Of a DNA stretch of 64,000 nucleotides, positions 49,014 to 57,186 are shown in pieces. How positions within the stretch are numbered: position 1 is the first letter of the stretch; every line of letters begins with the position of its first letter. This stretch comes from a virus. The notes under the pieces are model-generated. The model was not told the DNA's origin. It was given only the letters and a program-made list of their open reading frames with translations, and ran no database searches. The translations under genes were made by a program, and so were the position numbers. The stretch is from the IMG/VR virus record IMGVR_UViG_3300028772_000011, positions 1 through 64,000 of that record; one strand, 5' to 3'.

Positions 49014-51284
49014 TTATACTATTTCAAGAAATGAACCATCTGGTACAACCGCGGATACACTATCAAAATCTTCCCATATATTAGTATAATAATATCCTTG
49101 TTTTGCATTACCTTGTTTTAATTTACGACCCATCATTTCATTGGCCATTTCATCGCTACAAGGATCTTCGTATGTATTTGACATATCACCGATTATAACA
49201 ACCTGAAAAATAGTTGGAACTGAATCAAATGGGATTAAATCTTTACTTGAAAAATAAACAGCTCTTTTCTTTCTTTGTTCTGGGTAATAATCATCATCTG
49301 GAACATCTTCTGTTGCATTAAAATTCATTATTGGGTCATACCCTATTATGTAATTCTTCCTTTCAAGTGTTTTTTTTCCAGCTAATAATGTTTTACCATA
49401 TTCTCTTTTTCCATCCCATTCACCGACAGCTGGAACACCAATTTTTGCTTGTAATGCTTGTGTTGCAGCCATTTTTGTACCTATATGTATTCCACTTTTT
49501 CCGTTTAAAGATCTATCAGTAGTTCCGTGGTAAAACAAAGGGTGTCCATCTTTTAGTATAAGTTGTTCACGTAAGAAGTTTTTTTTTACTATATTTGATG
49601 TTTCTTCATTAATCACTAAACCTCTATCATCCAATTCTACAATATATAATTCATTTTCTTTTGCTAATGTTAATATATGATTTAATAATTTTTGTTTTGA
49701 ATCATCAAATATACCATTCTCTGGAGATGGACCATAACACAATTTAAATTCGTGATTATTTAAAGGGGTTGATCCATTAACTTTATAAATATTTGGAAAC
49801 CATTTAATAATATCTTTTTGTTTTTCCTTATCAAAATCAACTGATTGAGTACTAAAATTGATTTTATATATATTACCACCATATATTAAACTACCATTTC
49901 TCCAGTCAACCAATTTAGAATTGATATTATTTTCTCTAATATTCCATTTTGCCTGACCATTTTTAATCATATCCTTATGATTCAAGCTTTCCTTATCACC
50001 GAATGCTGGCATATCAAACGCAATATCACCAATATTTCCCAAGGCGACTGCTTCATCGTTAATGATTCCACCAAGTTCATCGATTGAAAAATAACCATCT
50101 CTATCAACACCTAAATTGAAATCCTCAGCCTCAAAATATTCATCATCTTTATTATTATTATTATTTCCACCATTTAGCATACTATCAATAGAAGAAAAAT
50201 CATTTTCTCTTTCAATTTGACGCTCTAAGCGATCTATAAACGACTTACCTTTTCTGGTACCAGCGAAAATTTCTTTTACTCTAACATTAAATTCATTTAC
50301 TTCCAACGATATTAATTCAACGAATATTTCAGGTATCAGTTTTTTATTCTTAACACCATTAATAATTAAATCATATAATCCAACACCAAATCTTTTATCC
50401 CAGTTTTCAGCCAATAAAAAATCGGCCTTACCAATTACATATTCTGCATCTCGTATATTTTTTGGTAGTCCGTGAGAAGACATTAATTCCATCACACCTT
50501 TAATAGTTTCAAACACGAGTACTGGAAATATGATTGCCTCTGATACTATAGATGGTTCGGTAGATGACAAATTAACTGAAACATACCCACCAAGGTTATT
50601 AGTTTCTGGTTTAATTTCCTTTACAAACGTTAGGTAATCATTTAACGCAATGATATTATAATATAATTCTGGTAGTTTAGGATTAAGTTCATAAATCTTG
50701 TTTAAAATAGTTGAGTAATCAGATGACAATCTCACAGACGCCCCTTGTATCAATGAATCTATTATTCGACGTTTATATATTTCTTTTCCCAAATCATCCA
50801 TTTCAGAAACCTCACCAAAATCCGTATCATCCAAAATAAGTGGTTCCAAATTCTGTTCCTTATCAGGTGTGATTATATCCTTTAAAGAACACTCAATATC
50901 CAATTCACCAGGTTCTAAATTAAATTGTTCACAAACATATTCATAACATATTTTTTCAAGATCTTCACGTATGTTAATTTCAATTGATTTTGCTTTTGAT
51001 ATATATTCCGTTAACTTAGTAATTAAATAATTTTTATCATATTGTTCTAAGTCGTTTATTTTACCAACAGCTCTACCAACTTCATTAAACCGTTTTAAAA
51101 GTAGTTTATATTCAAACGAACTCTCATCTCCTGGTGGGAAAGTAGGGTGATCACCTAACGAAGTCTTATGCTGTTTTATCGAATTACTTATGAATTTAGG
51201 TAAAGTAAGTTTATCCAACTGTTTTTCTTCAATTAGCTTCATTCTTAGTTCTTTCAATTGTGATTCCGTTATTAAAATATTCAT
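49014..51284 (-). CDS. Putative internal head protein with C-terminal ADP-ribosyltransferase-like domain
   Basis: MNILITESQL leader; C-terminal FYHGT..GIHIGT..YYYTNIWED..SAVV. Confidence 0.55.
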   Translation of the reverse strand: MNILITESQLKELRMKLIEEKQLDKLTLPKFISNSIKQHKTSLGDHPTFPPGDESSFEYKLLLKRFNEVGRAVGKINDLEQYDKNYLITKLTEYISKAKSIEINIREDLEKICYEYVCEQFNLEPGELDIECSLKDIITPDKEQNLEPLILDDTDFGEVSEMDDLGKEIYKRRIIDSLIQGASVRLSSDYSTILNKIYELNPKLPELYYNIIALNDYLTFVKEIKPETNNLGGYVSVNLSSTEPSIVSEAIIFPVLVFETIKGVMELMSSHGLPKNIRDAEYVIGKADFLLAENWDKRFGVGLYDLIINGVKNKKLIPEIFVELISLEVNEFNVRVKEIFAGTRKGKSFIDRLERQIERENDFSSIDSMLNGGNNNNNKDDEYFEAEDFNLGVDRDGYFSIDELGGIINDEAVALGNIGDIAFDMPAFGDKESLNHKDMIKNGQAKWNIRENNINSKLVDWRNGSLIYGGNIYKINFSTQSVDFDKEKQKDIIKWFPNIYKVNGSTPLNNHEFKLCYGPSPENGIFDDSKQKLLNHILTLAKENELYIVELDDRGLVINEETSNIVKKNFLREQLILKDGHPLFYHGTTDRSLNGKSGIHIGTKMAATQALQAKIGVPAVGEWDGKREYGKTLLAGKKTLERKNYIIGYDPIMNFNATEDVPDDDYYPEQRKKRAVYFSSKDLIPFDSVPTIFQVVIIGDMSNTYEDPCSDEMANEMMGRKLKQGNAKQGYYYTNIWEDFDSVSAVVPDGSFLEIV

Positions 51285-51286
51285 AA

Positions 51287-52576
51287 TTATTTTTTTGTTA
51301 ACATTTCAATCAATTCATTTTTTGTAAATGATTTCCTATCATATTTTTTATTGTTCTTATGCGCTTTATCTTTTGATTTGAAACCAGGTCCTTTATCATC
51401 CATCTCCATCTCCCTATCAGCCTTTTTAATTGCCTTTACATAATCACCATTCTTATCGCGAACAGCTTTTGCTTCGACCATCATACCAATAATTTGATTC
51501 TTTGTCACAATTATTTTTGATTCATTTGTATTACCAATTTCAATCTTATCAGTGTCTTTATTATATAATGTTGAATCATTTTGCAATTTAGCCGTCTTTG
51601 CTTGTAATTGAGGATCATTAGCATCTAATTCATAGGTTGATTCTTCAATTGGTTGTTCTTTAATCCTGTGTTTTGGGTTTATTTGGTCCGTATATATAAA
51701 AGGTTCATTATCTTCTTTAATTAATGTATTTGCTATTTTTTGAAGCATCTCTGTTAATTCTCCTTTAGTCAATTTCATTGTGTTTTCTTTTACTTTGTTG
51801 TTATTATTTTTTTCATCCCAAAACTTATATAATGCTTTTTGTAATCTATTTTTAACGTTATCCGATAAAAGATTGTACCCACTAAATGTTTGTTTAAAAG
51901 TTTTTAATATCTGGTCAAAACTTCCACCCATATATCTTTTTGTTGCGAATTCAGAAAATCTTGCCCAATATTCGTGTGGCAAGGTTAAATATATTTGACG
52001 TGTTTTATCATCCATCACCGCACCTGGACTAAGAGGCTTATAATTTAAATTTTTATAGTAGTTTTTTGATTTTTTGTCATTTGCATAATTACCATTACTT
52101 CTAAAATCATCATAAGCGTGTTGTAGTTCATGTATCAAGATATTACGAATAGCCGACCCAAGTGAAATTCGCAATAATTGAGCTGCTTTTTCTACCGACC
52201 AGTCAGTTTTTAATTTATAAAATTCAACACCATAACCTATTTCAGCAACAAATTCATTAAAATTTTCAATTTTTAACCATATTTCCCCACCGCTTTTCTT
52301 ACCGTTTGGTATAAATACACCTGAAGAACTAAAATTATTTATGAAACGTATATTAATATCAGTTTTATCAATAAAATCTTTTAATAATGGATATATTGAT
52401 TTATCATAGATTATATCACATAAAAACCCATATTCAAAATTAAAATATTCCTCAGAATCCAAACCGTTTATTATTCTTTTAATAAAATCCGTATTCTTAT
52501 CTGCGAAAAATTGAACTATCTGAATGGATAATTTTTCTATCTCAGTTATTTCAGCGTATCCTTCTTTTAATTCCAT
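51287..52576 (-). CDS. Putative internal head protein with zincin-like metallopeptidase domain
   Basis: ILIHELQHAYD (HExxH) and downstream Y..LPHEYWAR; the C-terminal half has repeated TKxEL/TKNQI motifs. Confidence 0.6.
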   Translation of the reverse strand: MELKEGYAEITEIEKLSIQIVQFFADKNTDFIKRIINGLDSEEYFNFEYGFLCDIIYDKSIYPLLKDFIDKTDINIRFINNFSSSGVFIPNGKKSGGEIWLKIENFNEFVAEIGYGVEFYKLKTDWSVEKAAQLLRISLGSAIRNILIHELQHAYDDFRSNGNYANDKKSKNYYKNLNYKPLSPGAVMDDKTRQIYLTLPHEYWARFSEFATKRYMGGSFDQILKTFKQTFSGYNLLSDNVKNRLQKALYKFWDEKNNNNKVKENTMKLTKGELTEMLQKIANTLIKEDNEPFIYTDQINPKHRIKEQPIEESTYELDANDPQLQAKTAKLQNDSTLYNKDTDKIEIGNTNESKIIVTKNQIIGMMVEAKAVRDKNGDYVKAIKKADREMEMDDKGPGFKSKDKAHKNNKKYDRKSFTKNELIEMLTKK

Positions 52577-53391
52577 TTTTTACCTGTTTTAATATCAGAT
52601 ATTACACTAGGTCCAACCCCATACAACACAGCGATATCTTTTTGCTTCATCGTATGTGATTTTAATAGTTCCTTTATTTCCATTACTATTTCAGGTTTTA
52701 ATTTAAAATGAAAGTTTCCAGAACTAAAATTCTTTTTTGAATTTATTTTATGAGTAACCCACTCAAGATTTTCCACTCTATTATCTGTTTTAACATTGTT
52801 AATATGATTAACTTCGCAACCTTTTTTATATTCACAAAATGCCATTGCAACTAATCTATGTACACGAAGCGTTTTTCTGACTCCCTTATCATTATTTAAT
52901 GCAATGAAACAATATTTATCACTCGATAGATTTTGTTTTAAAATAAATGAATCTACTTTCTTTATTCTACCTAAATTAGAAACAAGGTATTTTTTAAAAC
53001 CAATTATTTCTTTCCATTCCTCATCTTTTAAATCTTTAATTTCAATGTTTTTATAAATTTGCCTTGCTGAATTACGATAATCTTGTTCAATTCTCGCTTG
53101 TTTTATATCCTCATATTCAACATTAATCTCCATAATAGGAATAAATCCATCAATATTAACATTAATTACATCACCATAGTATTTAATGGTTTCAATATAT
53201 GGCTGAGTAAATTGGTAATTAATAAATATAAAATTATCTCCGTTCCATTGTGCAACTCTTGTATTTCTACATGTTCCAGTATAATAAAATCCTTTTTTTA
53301 ATTCACTTTTTAGTATCAAAATATGTAGGTTATAAATATATTTATTTTTATTAAATTTAGAATACAAAATCTTTCGAATCAGTTCCTTCAA
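52567..53391 (-). CDS. NUMOD4-HNH homing endonuclease with an extra N-terminal domain
   Basis: EEWKEIIGFKKYLVSNLGRIK; VHRLVAMAF..VNHINNVKTDNRVENLEWVT; C-terminal HTH QKDIAVLYGV. Confidence 0.85.
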   Translation of the reverse strand: MKELIRKILYSKFNKNKYIYNLHILILKSELKKGFYYTGTCRNTRVAQWNGDNFIFINYQFTQPYIETIKYYGDVINVNIDGFIPIMEINVEYEDIKQARIEQDYRNSARQIYKNIEIKDLKDEEWKEIIGFKKYLVSNLGRIKKVDSFILKQNLSSDKYCFIALNNDKGVRKTLRVHRLVAMAFCEYKKGCEVNHINNVKTDNRVENLEWVTHKINSKKNFSSGNFHFKLKPEIVMEIKELLKSHTMKQKDIAVLYGVGPSVISDIKTGKKWN

Positions 53392-53773
53392 ATACCATAT
53401 TTCTTTTTGCTAAAGTGATTTCTATTTCAGAAATAACCAAACCAAATGGAAACACTATTCTACCTTCCTCTGGATAACTTTCATACCCATCAATATTTTC
53501 CCACAGCAAACTGAGTATTAAATCCTTACAATCCATAAAACTGTGGCTGCTAGAATCTTTTGCTAAATCAAACTTTATTTTTGTTTTAAGTATTTTAATA
53601 GTATCATATACACTTTTTTCTGGAACTCCTAAATTACATATACTTGCAGGTTTCGTATCAGCATCGGTAATCCAAAAATATTCTGGGTCATCCGTAAAAT
53701 AAAATTCATAGGTATAATTGTCTTCGGAATTTTTGCCTAATTTATTAACGTATACTAATTTCTGGTCACTCAT
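53357..53773 (-). CDS. Hypothetical protein
   Basis: Operon-packed ORF. Confidence 0.6.
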   Translation of the reverse strand: MSDQKLVYVNKLGKNSEDNYTYEFYFTDDPEYFWITDADTKPASICNLGVPEKSVYDTIKILKTKIKFDLAKDSSSHSFMDCKDLILSLLWENIDGYESYPEEGRIVFPFGLVISEIEITLAKRNMVFEGTDSKDFVF

Positions 53774-53779
53774 AATTTT

Positions 53780-54070
53780 TTACATCATTGGTCTTATTTG
53801 ATCTTTTTCACTTGCTTTAATCGTGTTAATAATTTCATATCTAACTATGTTATTAAACTCTTTATCCAGCCTTTGTTTAATGAAGCTATCCATATTTTTA
53901 GCCGCATCATTCTCATCTTTAAACACAAGTGAAAACGATAAATCACATTCATCAAAACCAGCAAATAACACCCTAGTATGGATTTTATATGTAACCATTG
54001 ACCAAGGGTCTGTGTATTCTAATATAACTTTTTTAATTACATTTTTTAGGTTGCTTTCGTTTAAAACCAT
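53780..54070 (-). CDS. Small putative head protein
   Basis: MVLNESNLKNVIKKVILE leader; late motif at 54099-54083. Confidence 0.55.
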   Translation of the reverse strand: MVLNESNLKNVIKKVILEYTDPWSMVTYKIHTRVLFAGFDECDLSFSLVFKDENDAAKNMDSFIKQRLDKEFNNIVRYEIINTIKASEKDQIRPMM

Positions 54071-54082
54071 ATGATTGACATT

Positions 54083-54099
54083 TTATTTTAATATAAATA
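54083..54099 (-). promoter_or_regulatory. Putative late promoter TATTTATATTAAAATAA
   Basis: Identical over 17 nt to the scaffold/MCP promoters. Confidence 0.65.
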
Positions 54100-54128
54100 C
54101 TTCAAATAGACAAAAAAGTTAGTATTCA

Positions 54129-54161
54129 ACTTGTTTATTTCATATTTTAAACGTACATTTG
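54129..54161 (+). promoter_or_regulatory. Bacteroidota sigma-A-type promoter for primase
   Basis: ACTTG, 20 nt spacer, TACATTTG. Confidence 0.75.
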
Positions 54162-54188
54162 TGGAAACTAAATAAAAATTAAAAGAAA

Positions 54189-55211
54189 TTGCAAAGATTA
54201 ATTAACATATTATCTTCATTTTTAGGTGAACCAGACGATTCATCCAACACAAGCGGAGTTAATATTGGGTTTAATTGCCCTGTATGCGGGAATACTAACC
54301 ATAAGCTGATTGTCTCACCACGAATAAATGCGTATAAATGCTGGATTTGCTCAGAAACGAACCAAACCCACGGTCCAATTTCAAAATTAATTAAGGAATA
54401 TGGGACCCCTGAAATATTACAACAATATAAAAATGTAATAAAAGAAATAAAAGCCAGTCGCGAGTATGAGTTGGATTTATTTAGTGGTAATGGGATAGCT
54501 TTTAGTGAAGATGAGGATGATAAGATCAGGTTCGTGGATCATACGTATGATTTTCAATTTGGGGGGCTTAAACAAGAGGAAAATGCGTTAAACTATCTAC
54601 TTCAACGTGGGTTTGATGAAAATCAAATTAGAAAATATGGCTTAAAATATACTACTTACGATTGTAAGGATAAAAGATGGTGGAATAGAATTATAATTCC
54701 ATCATATAACAAATATAATGAACTTGATTATTACACTGGTCGAGATTACATTGGTAATTCTAAACAAAAATATTTAAATTGTGATTATGAAAGACGTGAT
54801 ATTATTTTTAACGAAAGTTTAATAAATTTTGATGGAGACATTTGTCTTTTAGAGGGGCCGCTTGATTCTACGAGTGTACCTAACTCAATTCCATTAATGG
54901 GTAAATCTTTAAATCCAGGTTGTTATCTTTTTGATTGTTTATTAAAATTTTCAACCGCTGATATAATCGTTTTTTTGGATAATGATGCAACTGAAGACTG
55001 TAAAAGTATATGTAGAAAATTATGTGATGCTGGATTAGGTGATAGACTAAAATTCGTACCAACAGAAGAATTAAGATTAAAGTTATATCCAATATATTTG
55101 AAAAAAGGGATTGATTTAAAGAAATTAGATCCAAGCAAACTTTTTGAACTGGGAGGTTATAAATCTATATGCTGGGCGTTACGCAACATCAAGAATTTCG
55201 AGTGTATTTAA
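54189..55211 (+). CDS. DNA primase (DnaG/gp61-like)
   Basis: Zn ribbon CPVC..CWIC, YLLQRG, RIIIP, KYLN, TOPRIM motifs EGPLD and FLDND. Confidence 0.9.
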   Translation: MQRLINILSSFLGEPDDSSNTSGVNIGFNCPVCGNTNHKLIVSPRINAYKCWICSETNQTHGPISKLIKEYGTPEILQQYKNVIKEIKASREYELDLFSGNGIAFSEDEDDKIRFVDHTYDFQFGGLKQEENALNYLLQRGFDENQIRKYGLKYTTYDCKDKRWWNRIIIPSYNKYNELDYYTGRDYIGNSKQKYLNCDYERRDIIFNESLINFDGDICLLEGPLDSTSVPNSIPLMGKSLNPGCYLFDCLLKFSTADIIVFLDNDATEDCKSICRKLCDAGLGDRLKFVPTEELRLKLYPIYLKKGIDLKKLDPSKLFELGGYKSICWALRNIKNFECI

Positions 55212-55220
55212 TTTACATTA

Positions 55221-55317
55221 TATCGGTAATTTTATGTTATCGGTAAAATAACCGATAAAAGCTATTTATCGGTAAAAAGACTTATAAACACCATTTATAA
55301 GCTAAAACGCTTATAAA
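55221..55317. repeat. Short direct and inverted repeat cluster (iteron-like)
   Basis: TATCGGTAA at 55221, 55238 and 55267 plus inverted ACCGATA at 55251; CTTATAAA at 55281 and 55310 with an inverted copy between. Confidence 0.7.
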
Positions 55318-55348
55318 AAATGCTGAGATTAATTTCCCAGCATTTTTT
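55315..55348. terminator. Bidirectional terminator
   Basis: AAAAAATGCTG-N12-CAGCATTTTTT. Confidence 0.7.
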
Positions 55349-55351
55349 TGT

Positions 55352-55606
55352 TTATCTTAAACCGTTAATCTTAAAACCTTGTAATGAACAAATAGATTTT
55401 CCAGAGTCACTTATATAAAAAATATCTTCTAAACTCCCAACTTCAATAGCAAAACCAGTAGATTTTTCTTTGATTAATTTTTTATCTTCCAGCCACTTCA
55501 TAATCCCATTACGCTTTAATTTAGCCGTGAAGCAAACTTCGAATGAGGAATATCCATCATCTATTAGTTTTTGTAAAACTGTCTTTTCAATTTTTTTCTT
55601 TTTCAT
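55352..55606 (-). CDS. Hypothetical protein
   Basis: Overlaps the methyltransferase stop and is followed by the terminator. Confidence 0.5.
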   Translation of the reverse strand: MKKKKIEKTVLQKLIDDGYSSFEVCFTAKLKRNGIMKWLEDKKLIKEKSTGFAIEVGSLEDIFYISDSGKSICSLQGFKINGLR

Positions 55607-56342
55607 TTTCTAATCTTTCTTTTATTCTTATAATTGATTTATCATAATATTCAGTTTCTTTCTCCATCATTATCCAATCCCTGCCCGTATTAATCGATGC
55701 AATGGCCGTAGTTGAACTTCCAGCACAGCTATCAAGAACTAAGTCACCCTCATTAGAGAATGTCTTAATAATCTCCTCAATCAATAATATAGGTTTCTGT
55801 GTTGGGTGTAGTGCAGATTTTTGTTTATCAGTTACAAATGTCCAAACACTTTTTGGATAACGTTCGGTACTATCATAAGATGTTAATCCATATTCACCAT
55901 AATTTGTAGTTTGTTTACTATTTCTTTTATGTTTAGCGGTTGATACTTTCCTTTCGTGTCCAAATGTTTTTTGAGGATTATAAGTTGGTGGTTTTTTATA
56001 AAATACACAAATATCCTCGTGTGACCTTAATGGCATTTTTTTAGCATTTAAATGACCAGTAGCTGTTGTTTTTTGCCAAATAATATTGTATCTCCACATC
56101 TTCTCATTGGATAACATCATTTTTGCGGTAAACATTCCATTTGCGAATAAAACTATAGCCCCATCATCCTTGATAATTCGTTCGTATTGTTCCCATAAAA
56201 GTTCAAATGGAATTATAATATCCCATTTGTTTCGAGTAGATCCGTAAGGGTGGTCTGTACATATTAAATCAATGCTTTTATCATCAATAGATTTCATCAA
56301 CTCAAGGCAATCACCTTGATATATATTATTTTTTTCTAACAT
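55587..56342 (-). CDS. DNA methyltransferase, beta class (N6-A/N4-C)
   Basis: GDCLELM..SIDLICTDHPY..HPTQKP..VLDSCAGSSTT. Confidence 0.9.
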   Translation of the reverse strand: MLEKNNIYQGDCLELMKSIDDKSIDLICTDHPYGSTRNKWDIIIPFELLWEQYERIIKDDGAIVLFANGMFTAKMMLSNEKMWRYNIIWQKTTATGHLNAKKMPLRSHEDICVFYKKPPTYNPQKTFGHERKVSTAKHKRNSKQTTNYGEYGLTSYDSTERYPKSVWTFVTDKQKSALHPTQKPILLIEEIIKTFSNEGDLVLDSCAGSSTTAIASINTGRDWIMMEKETEYYDKSIIRIKERLENEKEKN

Positions 56343-56343
56343 C

Positions 56344-57186
56344 TCAAAAATTTACAAATTCTTCAACATTTTCATTTAAATCTTCCAAAGAATTGATACG
56401 GAACTTATAATACCCATAATCTGAGGATATATCGTGTTCTTCATATGTAATGTCTGTTGTATCAAATAAATCCCAAATAAGAAACCCGTGCCCACTGTTA
56501 ACCGTTTCACCAAAATTTTGTTGAATTAGCGAACCAGGTTGAACGATTTTAATTCCATTATAATCTTGTTCTTGACGTAAATGTACATCTCCACATAATA
56601 CAGCATCTGAACCATCAAACATTTCAAGACTTTTGCCGTGTTCAAACATAAATCCACTTTCATTTTTAAGTCCAATTGTCATACCATGAAATAAGGATAG
56701 AAATATTTTATCTGAGTATTCTATTTTTTTTAATTTTATATCAATTGGTGTATGATTATCAAATACAGAAAATAAAGACCACATAATATTTTCATCTTCA
56801 TAAAATCCACCTTTATAACCCAATTCCATATCTAAATATATAATATTAGGTAACTCAAGCATTTGAACAATAGGAGTTAGGCTATCTACGCGATCTTTAT
56901 TATTTTCTAAAAAATCATGATTACCACTAATGATAATTGTTTTACATATTTTATCACACTCCCTAAGAAACCAACTAAGTAGTTGATTCTGTTCATTTGA
57001 CACGGTAATCTTAGAATGGACTAAATCTCCAACGATACAAATTCGAGTAGATTCTTTTCCGTTTTCATCAACAATTTCTTTTGCTTGTTTTAAAAATTCT
57101 GTTATTACTTCCTTATATTCTTGGTGACGTTGAAAATTTCTAATATGTATATCAGCCAAATGAATTACCTTAGTTATTTTTTGCAT
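56344..57186 (-). CDS. SbcD/Mre11-like nuclease (T4 gp47-like)
   Basis: HLADIH, GDLVH, GNHD, FHG, GDVH, PGSLIQQNFGE. Confidence 0.85.
   Translation of the reverse strand: MQKITKVIHLADIHIRNFQRHQEYKEVITEFLKQAKEIVDENGKESTRICIVGDLVHSKITVSNEQNQLLSWFLRECDKICKTIIISGNHDFLENNKDRVDSLTPIVQMLELPNIIYLDMELGYKGGFYEDENIMWSLFSVFDNHTPIDIKLKKIEYSDKIFLSLFHGMTIGLKNESGFMFEHGKSLEMFDGSDAVLCGDVHLRQEQDYNGIKIVQPGSLIQQNFGETVNSGHGFLIWDLFDTTDITYEEHDISSDYGYYKFRINSLEDLNENVEEFVNF

Noticed and set aside
55221-55317. Mini CRISPR array
   Set aside because: Repeats are only 8-9 nt with irregular short spacing and mixed orientation; no cas genes.
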